Shown here in pieces: positions 36,739-50,000 of a DNA stretch of 64,000 bases. A program made the translations under genes and the position numbers. This stretch comes from Selaginella moellendorffii (lineage: Eukaryota > Plantae > Lycopodiophyta): positions 186,001 through 250,000 of the forward strand of contig NW_003314308.1 in assembly GCF_000143415.4 (NCBI RefSeq). Reading direction: 5' to 3'. The notes beneath the pieces are model-generated. The model worked only from the letters and a program-made list of their open reading frames with translations. It ran no database searches and had not been told where the DNA came from. Numbering within the stretch: the first letter of the stretch is position 1; the number at the start of each line of letters is the position of its first letter.

Positions 36739-39170
36739 TCACGACGTACATCCTCCTGGAAGAAGGCTCTCGCCGGTTCTCCGAGCGGAAGCGGAAGCTT
36801 GCGCGTCCCCGTGTAGCGTGTCCATCACCAGCTCGATAAACAGGCCATCGAGCTCGGATGATTTGTTGGAGATGAGCACCTCCTCCACCAAAAACTGGAC
36901 AACTTCGTCCATTCGCGGCCGCAGCACTGGGAGTAGCTCCGTACACATGGTGGCCAGCTGAGCGATCTTCTTCACTTCCCACACGGGAGACTTTCTCAGC
37001 TCCTCGTCGATAAGCTCTCCACCCTCACACGTTTGCAGCACCTATACATGAAGAAAAAATCGAGTGAAATGGAAGTGGAAGAAGAATTTCCATACCCAGT
37101 CTCTTAGCATAACTCCGGCGGACCTGACAGTTTCCAAGAGAAACCACGGTGGCTGTCCCGTGATCATCTGGATCAGAAAGACTCCAAATCCATAGCTATC
37201 GCCTTTGGAGCTCATTAGAGTTCCAGTGCTTGCCTCTGAGACAAATCCAAATCGCGATTAGAACTCGCGAGCTTTCGTTCTCACCCGGTGGATCGTAGAC
37301 TGCGTTGCGTACATCACGTGCTTGTGACGACGTTTGCTGTAGAAGCCTGTAGAGGCCATGGTCCGTTAGCTTTGGCGTGAAGTCGTCGTCAATCAGAATG
37401 TTGCTTGGTTTTAAGGAGCCGTGAATGATTTCCATGCCTGACGAGTGCAGATACGCCAGGCCTTTTGCAACTCCGAGGATCACTATTTTCCTCTTGTCCC
37501 AATCAAACTCTTTGCGACGCTGCCCTGACAAGACACATGGAGAAAGGCTGGATTCCAGAAATTTAATCTCAAGTTTCTCACCGGAAAGGAAAGCGGTCAA
37601 GTTGGGACCTGGAACATATTCAGACACCAAGAATTTGTCGTCTCTCGAATTGCAAAACCCCAAAAGGCCCGCCACATTTTTATGCCTCGCTCGAGAGAGA
37701 ATCTCTATTTCCTTCGCGAAACCAGCCTGATGAACGAGATACTCCAGTTAAAAAGATGGCGACAAATCAAAGAATGTTTTTATCACCTTGAACTCAACGT
37801 TTATCAGCTGTTTTACAGCCACGTTGTATCCCCCACTGGATCTTCCTCGATAGACAACCCCACTTGCGCCTTGGCCCAGGATGTTTGTCTCGTCAAACTC
37901 AGCTGTCGCTAGCTTGAGCTCGTCTAAAGAGTAGTCCGTGGGACACTCATAAGCACCATTATGACTAACTGCAAAAAAGGAGCGCTGTAGGCAAGTTATA
38001 GAGTGCATCATGCGGGAAAGAAGGTCGAATAAATACGTTTTCTTGATGCAAGCTCGGTGAACGATCTTGTCGTTCGTCTTCGCCACCTTATGACGCCTAC
38101 AATGGCTAGAAAGCAAAGCAGAGCCAGCACCGAGCCCATAACCGCCAGCATGGCTGTGCTGAAAGACTGTGCTTCAACGCCTAGAAAAAGAGAAAACACA
38201 GCGAGCCATACGAGAATAAATGACAATTCATATGGCAAAGATTGGTAGAGTACCTGAACAAGATTCTGAGGTACAAAGGTCGGGATTACCCTTGAACCTG
38301 CACGTTTAGCATGTTTCTCATCAAAACGTAATTTTGTAACCAGAAACTTACGAATCAGCTGAGAGCCCCTGGGGAACATTGCCACTAAGTCGATTGTATG
38401 ATAAATCACTGTGACATCAAAGCAAAATGGTACCATGCAAAAACTAATAAAACCTTGAAACAACACCTACAGTTTTCTTAGCTTCTTCAGTTTCGTGATT
38501 GCTTCGGGAATGTGTCCATCGAATCTATTGCCGTGGAGATCCCTGCGAAAAGAAAAAGTGGTCAATATCATGCTCAGCGAAGACCACTGTAACCATACAG
38601 GACTTTCAAGTTGACAAGGTTTCCTATCTCCGCGGGAATTGCTCCCACTAACGCGTTTCTGGAAAGATTCCTGTAGAACAACACACAGGAAGATCCACTG
38701 CTCTAAATCCTCGTACACGAGAAATACCAAATGAAAGAATGACAAGACTCACAGATGCAAGAGAGACGAAAGCTCCCCAACGTCAGCACACAGTGTCCCG
38801 GACAAATAGTGCCCCGACAACTCCCTGTAGGATGGAAAAGGATAGAACAGAGGTTTCACCGCGTCACAACAACAAACAAACTTACAAGCTCATCACTCTT
38901 TGGTTGCTGCTACACTTGACTCCTTGCCAAGAGCACGGGCTACTGGACGCCTCCCAGCTCAAGAGCGACCTCGACGCATTCCCAAAGCAGTATTTCAGCC
39001 GCAGCAATGCAGCGACTGCGAAGGGAACGATTGAGAGAAGCAAATCAGCGAAAAATTTGAAGATAAAACGCACCGTCCGGATCGGCGCCAATGCGCGCCA
39101 CCGCCGACGCCGCAACAGCGATCCAATGTAGCAGCAGCGGCAGCAGGAGATTGGAGCTTGCTCGTGTCAT
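36739..39170 (-). CDS. LRR receptor-like kinase with few LRRs and an atypical (pseudo)kinase domain, multi-exon
   Basis: Signal peptide MTRASSNLLLPLLLHWIAVAASA (ATG 39170). LRRNT LSWEASSSPCSWQGVKC, short one-LRR exons, TM AMLAVMGSVLALLCFLAIVGVIRWRRR. Kinase motifs LGQGASGVVY, VAVKQL, IIHGSLKPSNILID, PKLTDHG, RPRMDEVV. Confidence 0.85.
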
Positions 39171-39340
39171 CACTTCCCTAGCGAGCTCCAGCTCCTACAT
39201 TGTCCTCCCGCATCCTCGTAAACCCTAGCTCTTGCTGTCAGCTCCACAAAATCCCGGCCGTCGCTAATTAGCCACGTGGCGCATTACATTCCCGCCACGA
39301 CAGGCGGGCATATTCGCTTTAGCCCCGGTAAATGCTGTAG
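39171..39340. promoter_or_regulatory. 170-bp bidirectional promoter (RLK/PPR) with perfect G-box and telo-box
   Basis: GCCACGTGGC palindrome at 39271-39280. AAACCCTA at ~39220. Confidence 0.55.
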
Positions 39341-41281
39341 ATGAGCCAGAGGTTTTCTCCACAGGTGGATGCGTTTGCCCGCGCTCTCAAGAGCTGTGCT
39401 TTGGCCAGGGATCTCTCCAAGGGCAAGAAGCTCCACTCGCAAATCCTCGCAAGCCCACACAGCTATGACAGATACCTCGGGAATCTCCTCGTGGACATGT
39501 ACGGCAAATGCGGCTGCCTGGAGAACGCGCGATCCACATTCGATGCCATCGTCGATCCCAATGTATATTCCTGGAACCTCATCCTAGGCGCGTACATCCA
39601 ATGTGGCGGGTTCGCAGACGTGGCGGGGTGCTTCGATTCCATGCCCAAGAGGGACGTGGTATCGTGGAACGCGATTCTCGCGGCATATACCGCGAATGGG
39701 CATCTGCAAGATGCTATAAGAGTCTTTGAGGGAATGCCGCAGAGAGACGTGGTGTCGTGGAACTCGCTGCTAAACCTGTACGGGCAGAATGGCGATGCTG
39801 TCCTGGCCAAATCTATGTACGACAGCATGCCCGAGAGGGACATAATCTCCATGAACGCCATGGGCCAAGCATATGCCCAGGCTGGGCATTACAACAGTGC
39901 TAAAGATGCCTTTGATCGAATGCCACACCACAGCGTTGTGTCCTGGAACGCTATGATTAAAGTCTACACAATGGCCGGCGACACTACGATGGCGCTCCAG
40001 GCTTTCAATGATATGAAGCAAAGGGACGTGCTTTCGTGGACGGCTTTGCTCTCAGCATATGCCCTGGCCGGGCATCTGGAGGAATCTCGCTCCTTGTTTG
40101 AGAAGATGCCACAGCGGGATCTGGTGTCGTGGAACGCTATCGCGCAGGCTCATGCCCTCGGCGGCCAAGTCGAACGGGCGACGCGAATATTCTCGGACAT
40201 GCCCGATCGAGATGCCATTTCGTGGACCGCGATCATCCAGGCGTACGGACGGACTGGGAGCCCGGATAGATCCAAGCATTACTTTGATTCCATGCCTAGA
40301 AAGGACATACTGTCCTGGGTGGCCTTGCTCCAAGCATATTCCCAGGCGGGAGTCCTTGACACTGCCAGTAGATTGTTTGAGTTGATGCCGGTGAAGGATG
40401 GAGCAGCACACAATGCGATGCTCCAGGCATATGCCAACACTGGGAATCTGGAAGATACTAGGAGGATCTTCCACGCAATGCCCCAGCGAGACATCGTTGC
40501 CTGGAATCTGGTGATCCAGGCATATTCTCAGTCGGGTAGCGCACCGGGTGCCCAAATGGTACACGAGAAGATGCCCGCGTGGGACGTGGTGTCGTGGACG
40601 TGTACGATGGCCACCCACGCGCAGTACGGCAGATTCCAGGACGCCAAGGGAATGTTCGAGGAGATGCCCGAGCGGAATATCGTGTCGTGGACGGCTATGA
40701 TTCACGCGTACGTCCAAGCCGGAAATGTCCACCAGGCCCGGGCCATGTTTGACGACTTGCAAGGGAAAGATTCCATCTCGTGGAACACTATGATCCAATC
40801 GTGTGCCGCGAATGGCCAATGGGAGAGTGTGCTGGAGCTCTCCCATTTGATGGTCTTGGACGGCCATAGACCCAACGAGTTGACCTTTGTGGGGATTTTG
40901 ACCGGGTGTAGCCACGTCGGCATGCTCGAGGAGAGCCGGTCCCACTTCCTGGCCATGCAAGACGCGTACGGACTGGCCCCCATTGTTGACCATTACTGCT
41001 GCATGGTGGACATTTTGGGCCGCGCAAAGCAGCTGAAGGAGGCCGAGGAGCTTATCGACACAATGCCGTGCATTCCGTACCCCGTGGTGTGGACGATCTT
41101 GTTAGGAGCGTGTAGGATCCATGGTGACGTGGTGAGGGCCGCGAGGGCTGCTGACATGGCGGTGGCGATGGATGCCAGCCAGGAGGAGTCCGCGCCCTAC
41201 ATTCTCATGTCCAGTGTGTATGCCGAGGCCGGGAGGAAGGCCATGTCATTGGCACGTAGCAGGGAGAAAGAAGCCAGCTAG
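39341..41281 (+). CDS. PLS-class pentatricopeptide repeat protein with tandem ~31-aa S motifs and E domain, no DYW
   Basis: Intronless 646-aa ORF with repeated MPxRDxVSWN motifs. P2-L2-S2 (PNELTFVGILTGCSH, HYCCMVDILGR) and E motifs (PVVWTILLGACRIHGD, APYILMSSVYA) are followed by a stop. Confidence 0.93.
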   Translation: MSQRFSPQVDAFARALKSCALARDLSKGKKLHSQILASPHSYDRYLGNLLVDMYGKCGCLENARSTFDAIVDPNVYSWNLILGAYIQCGGFADVAGCFDSMPKRDVVSWNAILAAYTANGHLQDAIRVFEGMPQRDVVSWNSLLNLYGQNGDAVLAKSMYDSMPERDIISMNAMGQAYAQAGHYNSAKDAFDRMPHHSVVSWNAMIKVYTMAGDTTMALQAFNDMKQRDVLSWTALLSAYALAGHLEESRSLFEKMPQRDLVSWNAIAQAHALGGQVERATRIFSDMPDRDAISWTAIIQAYGRTGSPDRSKHYFDSMPRKDILSWVALLQAYSQAGVLDTASRLFELMPVKDGAAHNAMLQAYANTGNLEDTRRIFHAMPQRDIVAWNLVIQAYSQSGSAPGAQMVHEKMPAWDVVSWTCTMATHAQYGRFQDAKGMFEEMPERNIVSWTAMIHAYVQAGNVHQARAMFDDLQGKDSISWNTMIQSCAANGQWESVLELSHLMVLDGHRPNELTFVGILTGCSHVGMLEESRSHFLAMQDAYGLAPIVDHYCCMVDILGRAKQLKEAEELIDTMPCIPYPVVWTILLGACRIHGDVVRAARAADMAVAMDASQEESAPYILMSSVYAEAGRKAMSLARSREKEAS

Positions 41282-41372
41282 GAAGGAAGCGCCAGCTCAG
41301 CTTTCTTTACACTCTTTTAGGGTTCTAGCCGCTATTTGAAAATGTGTGGCAGTTGCGTTCTAGGGCTCTCAA

Positions 41373-42236
41373 ATGTGGAGGAAGGCGTCATGGCGCGCGC
41401 TGTGGAGGAGGGATTTCTCGCAGTTTGCGCCAGGCTACACTCTCATCACTCCAAAATCTCTGAATTCCATTCTCAAGGTGGAGAGTGTCAAGAACAAATC
41501 GGCGGATGAGGTCACTTTCATCTGGAATCAGGTACGCATTTTAGCTCTTTCGTGGCGAGCTAGCGGAGCTAGCTCGATTCGTTTGTTCTTCTTTGTTTTT
41601 GCAGTATCACATTGGCCGAGGGCATGTAAGTGCCGTGATGAGCACCGATTTTTTCAAGAGATTCCAGGAGCGCGCCAGAGAATGGTGAGAGCTTATCTTT
41701 GTGTGGATGCTTTGGCTCTGATCTTCGCTCGCATTTAGTCCCAACTTTGTGCTGCCGCTAAGAAAGCCCAAAGGCTACATCAGCTTCTTCCTCCAAGGTA
41801 AAAATCTTCCAATCTTCTTTTCTCTTGATGGTGTTCTTGGTGGAGAAGTTCTCAGTGGATTTCTTTTTCAGCTCAGATGCCATTCCTCCTCCTCACTTCG
41901 CTCGAAGACTACAAGCTTAAAGGCTCCAACGCTGCTCCATATCTCACCATAGCTCACTACACCGACTTTGCGGACTCCAAAGGCATCGTTCTAGTTCGCG
42001 GCGACATTGTCTTCCCCAGCCAGCTTAGCGACGACGAGGTTCGTGATTTCGCCCTCTCGAGAATCATCAAAGTTTTCATTGTTTCTGTGTTCTTCCAGGG
42101 AAATTCACTGCTGAAATACGCCCATTCTTTCTACATTCGTGACGATCGATACCTCCTCGTCAAGGCATTCACGCACAACAGCGAAGATTTCAATTTCAAG
42201 GACGTGGTGAGAGAGCTGGATTACGACTACGTGTAG
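41373..42236 (+). CDS. ATP11: Mitochondrial F1-ATPase assembly factor ATP11 (ATPAF1), 5 exons
   Basis: Arg-rich presequence; PKSLNSILKVE..IWNQ|YHIGRGHVSAV..|PNFVLPL..|LLTSLEDYK..APYLTIAHYTDFADSKGIVLVRGDI..HSFY..FNFKDVV. Confidence 0.88.
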
Positions 42237-42553
42237 CGCGTCGTCCTAACTTGGACCTTTAAAAATTTAACCGACACCCCTTTTATTGCTAGATGCCAGG
42301 GGAATATCCGCAGTGGGGGATGGAGTCTCGTCTTCCCCTACGACGATGGCGGGCGCTGGCGAGCGGCTCCTCTAGCGCCTTGTGAGGTTCGTTTGTAGCA
42401 TCCATCCTAGACGCCCGTGGCGAGGATGAAGGGTTTTGCGCGCGAGCTAGGGGTTTCGCGACGCGCCTAGGGTTTGATCGTCGCGGGGGAAGGATTCTCG
42501 CCACGGATTCCTGCCTCAATGCCGGTGGAATAGGGTTCCAGGAATCGAGCGGC

Positions 42554-45500
42554 ATGGCCACGGAGCTTGATTCGCAGGGCGCCACTTCGAATTCCTGCAA
42601 TGGGGTTTGCGACGAGCTCACGCTGTCTCCCAGTTTTCTGGAGCACAGCTACACGCCAATGCGCATCACAAGGAGCAAGGCGTCTCTCCGGATGGCGTTC
42701 GCTGTCATCTCTGGAGGGGAGACTACTACCAATGCTCCTACTGCAGCTCCAGTGAAGAATGGGGCTAGCGTTTCCGGGAAGAATGGCTCGAATGGTTCCG
42801 TGAAGAATGGTTCCTCCAATGGTTCTTCTACCAGCGTTGTTATCAGGAGAACCGGCAAAAGGAGTGTAAGCAGAGGCTTGCGCTCGGGATGGAGTAGCAA
42901 GCCGGGGAAAGTGGTCGATGCTCCAAAAGCCAGCCAGAAGAAGTCTGGATCTACAGGAAGTAGAAGCCGCGGGTTAAGTCAGCTAAAGATCTCAGCGGGA
43001 GATGGTAGTGTCAAGCTAAAGCTCACAGCCGCGAATGATGCGGACAGTGGTCATGGTGGCGAGGATGTCTCAAGTGGAGTCACCGAAGGAGAGACGACGA
43101 GAACGAGTAACAAGGCCGATGCTCCTGTTTTGACGAAAGTGAAGCCCTCTGCTGTTGGCTGGGTTATGTGCGACGATTGCCGGAAATGGCGATGCATTTC
43201 TGCCGAGCTTGCTGATTCTATCGAATCATCTGATATTCGCTGGTAAGTTTTCCTCGTTTATCTTTCTCTTCCCTTATTGTCTATGTTGTTGTTTTTCCAG
43301 GACTTGCCGAGAAAATCCGAACAGGAAGTTTTCCGACTGTTCTGTACCTCAAGAGAAAAGCAATGCTGAGATCAACGCGGAACTAAACATCTCGGAAATA
43401 TCTTCTTCCGAGTGCGACGATAATGAACCCGCTGTTAACTCTAAATGTGGAGGTATGACATGCATGATTTGGCTCCACTGAGAAATGATGTGTGCTCTTT
43501 GCAGTTTCATGGACACAGATTCGTCATAACATCTTTCAGCACCGCCATCAAAAGACTCTTGACGACGATGACGTATGCTCTTGGTTTGATATTCTACTTG
43601 TTTACGAGAGTCTTGTGTTTTTTCAGACGTTAATATGCCTTTGCAAGCCACCAAAAGATGGTAGTCCTGGGTGTGGAGAAGACTGTTTAAACCGAATGGT
43701 GAACGTGGAGTGCTCACCGGATACATGCCCTTGCGGAGAGCGTTGTTCAAACCAGCAGGTGAGTTTTGTTGCTAAAGGTACAAACTGATGCGATAATACT
43801 TCTTCTCTTGTTTAGTTTGGCAAAAGGGAGTATTCCAATGTCGCTCTTGTCAGGTGTGGCAAGAAAGGCTTTGGATTGAAGGCGCTGGAAAACATTGCAA
43901 AGGGCTCTTTCGTGATTGAATACGTTGGAGAGGTTTGCTTTTTTCTTTTCTTGTTTGCGCTTAATTTTCTCACTCGGTGCATCTCCAGGTACTAGACAGT
44001 CGATCATTTGAACTGCGTCAGAAGGAGTACGCTCGTCAGAGACAAAAGCATTTCTATTTCATGACACTTAATAGTAGTGAAGTAAGGGTTTTGATGGTTT
44101 AGACGGCTTCTAAATCTGTTCCAATATTTATTTTTTGCAGGTGATTGACGCATGCAGGAAAGGTAATCTTGGACGATTTATCAATCACAGTTGTGAACCC
44201 AATTGTCAGACTGAAAAGGTAAGGAACTTACAAGCATTCCATTCGACTGCTAAAGGTTTTCTTTTTTCTTTATTCAGTGGTGTGTGAACGGAGAAATATG
44301 CATTGGTCTGTTTGCTATTAGGGACGTTGCGAAGGTATTATTTGCAAAGCCGATTATGTGCTTGAATAACTTTCTTTCGCTTTGTTTTCCGGTGATTTAG
44401 AATGAAGAGATTACATTCAATTACAACTTTGAACGACTTTATGGGGCAGCCGCTAAGAAATGTCACTGTGGATCTGCTCATTGTCGTGGCTATATTGGTG
44501 GAGATCCTTCAAATCCTAGGGACGTTGTACAGACTGACTCTGAGGAAGATCTAGAGCCGATTATGCTGAAAGATGATGAGAGTGAAGACGAGGACATCGT
44601 TGATACTGAGGTTGTACAAGAAACACCAAAGTCTTGTACACCGCCTGAAGCATTGTTTGAGGAGCCGAAGCCCGAACTACTGGTTAAAGAGATTCCGATA
44701 CCCAAGCCGAAGCCTCTGGCTAAAGTGAAGCGACCAAAACCTTCTGGCCGACCGAAGAAGGTGCCATTCAAAGGCTTCTTTTCGTCGAACAAATCTGAGG
44801 GGTACAGACCATCGCGTTACAGCGAAGGTAAGTAATGTCTGTCGGTTTCTTCCGTTTCACAAACTTCGCTTATGCAGTTGAGGATAAACTTGATAAGCTG
44901 CTTAACGATAAAGGGGGGCTCGTAAAGAAAAAGGTAATTTGCCACGTTTGTTTTTGGCCAGTTGTTTGACAAGTGTAACTGGTTCTGTAGGAAACTCCGA
45001 AACAGTACTTGAAGCTTTTGGTCATATCAACCGCGTCCGGGGACGAATCGAAAGAGGGGACATCTTGCAGGTAGAGGGTTTCCTTTTGTTTAAATGACAC
45101 CTTTATACATTCGGGACATGTAGTATGCGGGATCTTTCACTGCTTTTGGATGCGATGCTCAAGACGACATCCCGTAGCATTCTAACGGAAGTTATTCAAA
45201 AGAACGGTAAGCTTAGTGTGATAGTCATCTCTTTCCCACTTTCTTTTTTCTAAACAGGACTTCAGCTGCTTCACAATCTGGTGAAGCAGAGCCGGAAAAG
45301 CTACACAAAGATTCCAATTCTTCGGAAGTTGATGAAGGTGAGCTGGATAATCCCTGTATGATTAAGGAGATATTTATACTTCAATGCCCTTCAAAGGTTC
45401 TCGAGGCACTTGCTGAGAAGACGGTTTTGAAAAGCAAGCACATGACGTCAACACCACCAAGGAACGGCATGGAAAGGTAAAAAAAAATGTTTCTTTACTG

Positions 45501-46648
45501 GACAATGCTTTACTTGATTGCATGCAGTTTTGTAAAATCAATATTCGAGCTGACACGGCACGACGATATAGAGGTACATAGAAGCTACCATACTGTCAAA
45601 GAGTTGATCATGTTAATGTTAATGCAGGTTCAACAAATCTCCCGCCGGTTCCAAAAGAACTGGTTACCTAACATGTTTGACTTACTCGCGAATGAGAAGT
45701 GTTCCGAGAGCCCAAAATTCTGGGGTCCAGAGAGGTAAGTCACCCTGGCATTCGTAGCGCAAAGTCCGACTCCGTGGTTTGTTTTACAGGTTTTCACAGA
45801 AAAGAGAACTTTTCCGTTCGTCGAAGCCGGAAGAAAAGCCCAGGAGACCTCTGCTGTTCAGAAACGACAGCAACGATGCCGAGGGGAAGAACTCAACCTC
45901 GGAACAAGACCGCAAGAGAAGAAGGCGGATGAGCCGGTGGGACGAGCTCCCTTCCACTCAGGATCCCGTGCCTGCTTTGACGTCTTCGACGCCCTCGACG
46001 TCAACTCCGTCAACCCAGCACTCTTCCAGTCCTCTCCAAGAGCAGGCTGTGGCTCCCGCTCTCATCGACGAGACAGTCACCGAGTTTGATCGGGCCGAGC
46101 CGCCTGGGTACTCTTCGACGTCCCCACACAGCAATAGATACGAGCAGCCGAGGAGCTTGTCGCAGCAGCACAGCCAGCAGCACTACGATCACTGCAGCAG
46201 CAGCAGCCATCACCAGCAGTATCAGTCTAGAGGGGATCACTGGAATGCTGCCCCTCCTTTCCGTCCTCCACATCGTCCGGAAGCTGGGAATGGCTACATG
46301 GGAAGACACCAGCACCACTCACAGCAGGGACAGGGATACCATTATCACAGTGAGATGCCACCGAGGGGCTCGCAACACTCTTCTCCCTCGGGTCCATATC
46401 TTCCTGGAATGCCGCCGCAGCACCAGCACCAGCACCAGCACCAAGCTCCAAAGTACCAAAACCATCACCATCATCCACAACCAGTCCGGCCACCGCTCAA
46501 CGGGTGCTACAACAATGGCGCTCATCACTTTGGACCGCCGCCTCACTATCGAGGCACGGGTGGCTACTATCCGGCACAGCAGCAGCAGGAAAACTCTTAC
46601 CACCATCACCAGCAAGCGGATGAAGAGCCACCCGTGCCAGGTCTGTGA
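42554..46648 (+). CDS. ASHH2: H3K36 methyltransferase ASHH2/SDG8/EFS-like (CW + AWS + SET + post-SET), multi-exon
   Basis: CW domain [14 protein letters not shown]|[85 protein letters not shown]. Post-[14 protein letters not shown]. Low-complexity Q/H/P C-terminus. Confidence 0.92.
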
Positions 46649-47016
46649 GTGGAAGCTCTCGATTTGTTAAATTTTTTTTTTGCTGGATTCTACTTACACT
46701 TGATCACCAAGGCTGGCAGTTTGATTACCGTTTGTTTAGTCTTCGGGAAGAAAGGCAAAAATTTCTTCTGGATCGGTCCAGGAATAAGAATTCGCAACTG
46801 TAACACAAACACATTCAAGAAAGAAGCCGAATTTCTGTTTATTAAGGAAGTGGTTACCTTTTTTGTTTGTATATAACTTGTGACCATCGTGGTGAGCTCC
46901 TGGGGATTGCTGTGGCTGTTCTTGAGCGTACAGGAGAAACCACCACACCATGGTGTTGATCATGAGAGACCAATGTGAGACATGACACCATGGTTATGCC
47001 AGGTAAATTAAATATT

Positions 47017-47018
<2 letters not shown>

Positions 47019-47049
<31 letters not shown>
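47019..47049. repeat. (CT)n microsatellite at the gene-island/repeat boundary
   Basis: Directly visible. Confidence 0.9.
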
Positions 47050-47053
<4 letters not shown>

Positions 47054-50000
47054 TTTTTTTCTGTTTTTTATTTTTAAACTGGTTGAGATGACATTTGGAA
47101 GGTTAATTGCATTTGAAATAAATTAAATTTAATCTTTAATTTACTAATCTTCCTATATGCCTCTTACATAAAGTGAAAAATTATACCAACTAGAAATAGA
47201 ATTACGTAGGAAAGAAAGTCCAAGATTACTAAATCCTTCATATAATCAAAGATCATTGCCACATAGTATTTAGTGCAAGAAAACCTTTTATATAATTAAG
47301 GATCCTTACCACATGGTATATAGTGAAAAATCTTTAGAGCCAAAATAAATAATATTTATTACCACTTTAAATATTACCATTTGTGGTTGTTCTGCAACTT
47401 GTGTAGTAGTTGCTATCACCTATGCAATTGCTTTTATTGGTTTTACTGCACGGTAATCATAAATTATAACTACTATGCTTTGTAAATTATTTGTATCATA
47501 AACCCCATTCTTGTAAATTCTACCAACACTACCATTAGTAGCCATTGAATTTTTTTAACAAAGATGATTACCATTTATATTTTACAACCCATATATTAGC
47601 AGTTTCATGATGATTAAAGAACAAGTACAGTTGTAAGTGCTAGTCTAATTATTTCTTTATTCTCTTTTACAATATGTGTTCTTTTTATTTTTATTTTTTC
47701 ATTTTTTTCTTTTTTGTTGAGATAATTTTACAAAGGCCAATTGAACCAGAATCAAATCAAGTGTATAATTTACTAGTGCTTATGTGGGAATACCTCCTAA
47801 ACAAAAGTGAAAAATTTTACCTACTAAAAGCAACATTATGTAAAAAGAAAGTTTAAAAGCATTACATGAAGGGCCAAAATACACATCGATTGTATAATAA
47901 AAAATTCTCACCACATTAATGCTTATTACAAGATGTTTAGTGCTAAAGAAATTATATCAATTGGTTGTGCCACCATTTTATATATCATCATTTGTGCTTA
48001 CCTTATAGCCTATGTAATAATTATTTTTGTTGCTTCTATTGTATAAACTTAAGCATAATCATAAACTATAGTTACTATACTTTGTAAATTGTTTGTTTCC
48101 TAAACCCCATACTTGTTAAATATAGAAATTTGGCCATCACTACCATTAATAGCTATTGAAACTTTTTAACTAATGGTGACCACCACTTATATATCACCAC
48201 ATGTATTTTAGTAGTTTTATGATTTTTAGAGAATAAGTGCAATTGTAAGCGCTAGTCTAATTTTTTCTTGATTTTCTTTTACATGTGTTTTACTTTTTTT
48301 GCAATTTTTACTTTTTAAATTTTTTTTTTGTTTCTTCTAGATTGGTTGAGATAACTTTTGGAAGCGCAATTGAACTAAAAAAAAATTAAGTATATAGTTT
48401 ATTGGTGTTTCTATAAGAATGCTTCCTATACAGGAGTGAAAAATTTTATTTACTAGAAGTAACGTCATATAGAAACGAAGTCCAAGAGCATTATATGGAA
48501 GGCTAAATAACTTAACCCCCCTATATAATTGCAAATCTTCATTATATGGTACATGTTATAAAAATTTTAGTGCCAAAAGAAATGATATCAATTAATTGTG
48601 CTACCATTTTATGTATCACCACTTGTATCTGCCTTACAGCTTATGCAACAACTATTTTTGTTGCTTTTACTACACAAACTTAACCACAATCATAAACTAT
48701 GGCTACCATATTTTATAAATTGTTTGTTTCTCAAACTTCATGCTTATTAAATATATAAATTTGGCGACTATTACCAATAATAGCTGTTAAAGCTTTTTAA
48801 CCAATGGTGACTACCACTTATATTTCACCACATGTATTCTAGTAGTTTTATGATGATTATAGAATAAATGTAGTGGTAAGTGCTAAATTAAGTTTTTCTT
48901 GATTTTCTTTTACACATGTTTTGCTTTTTATTTTTTACTTTTTCACTATTTTTACTTTCTTTTCATTACTTTTTTTTTAATTTCTTCTAGATTGGTTGAG
49001 ATAACTTTTGGAAGGCTAATTGAATTGAAAAGAAATCAAGTATATAATTTGTCAGTGTTTATATAGGAATGTTTCCTACGTGAGAGTGAAAATTTTTATT
49101 TACTATAAGTAGTGTCATAAAGAAAGGAAGTCTAAGAGCATTGCATAGAAGGTTAAATAACTTAACTCCTTATATAATTGTAAATCCTCATTATATGGTA
49201 CATAATATGAGAATTTTAGTGCTAAAAGAAATAATATCAACTAGTTGTGCCATCACTTTAGGTATCACCACTTGTGCATGCTTTACAGCCTATGCAACAA
49301 CTATTTTTGCTACTTCTACTACATAAACTTGACTACAATTATAAACTATGGCTACCATACTTTGTAAATTGTTTTATCTTCAAACCCCATACTTATTAAA
49401 TATAGAAATTTGTTACCACTACCATTAATAGTTGTTGAATTTTTTTAATCAATGATGACCAGCACTTATATTTCACCACATGTATTTTAGTAGTTTTATG
49501 ATAATTATAGAATACATGCAGTGGTAAGTGCTAAACTAATTTTTTCTTGATTTTCTTTTATACATGTTTGTTTTTTGTTTTTTAATTTTTTGCAATTTTT
49601 ACTTTTTAAATTTTATTTTTTTTTAGATTGTTGAGATAACTTTTGGAAGGCTAATTAAACTGAAAATAAATCAAGTATATAATTTGTTAGTGTTTATATA
49701 GGAATGCTTCCTACACGAAAGTGAAAATTTTTATTTACTAAAAGTAGTGTAATGTAAAAAAGAAGTCCAAAAGCATTATATAGAAGGTTAAATAATCTAA
49801 CCTTTCATATAATTTTGGATCCTCACTATATGGTATCTATTGTGAGAATTCTAGTGCCAAAAAAATGATATCAATTAATTGTGCTATAATGTTAGGTATC
49901 ACCATTTATGGCTACCTTGCTGCTTGTGTAATAATTGTTGCAACCTATGTAATTGCTTTTAATGTTTTTGCTATAAGGAGTTTAGCATGATTATATATTG

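Noticed and set aside
40052-40993. 313-aa antisense ORF within the PPR gene
   Set aside because: Antisense shadow of a repetitive GC-rich CDS.
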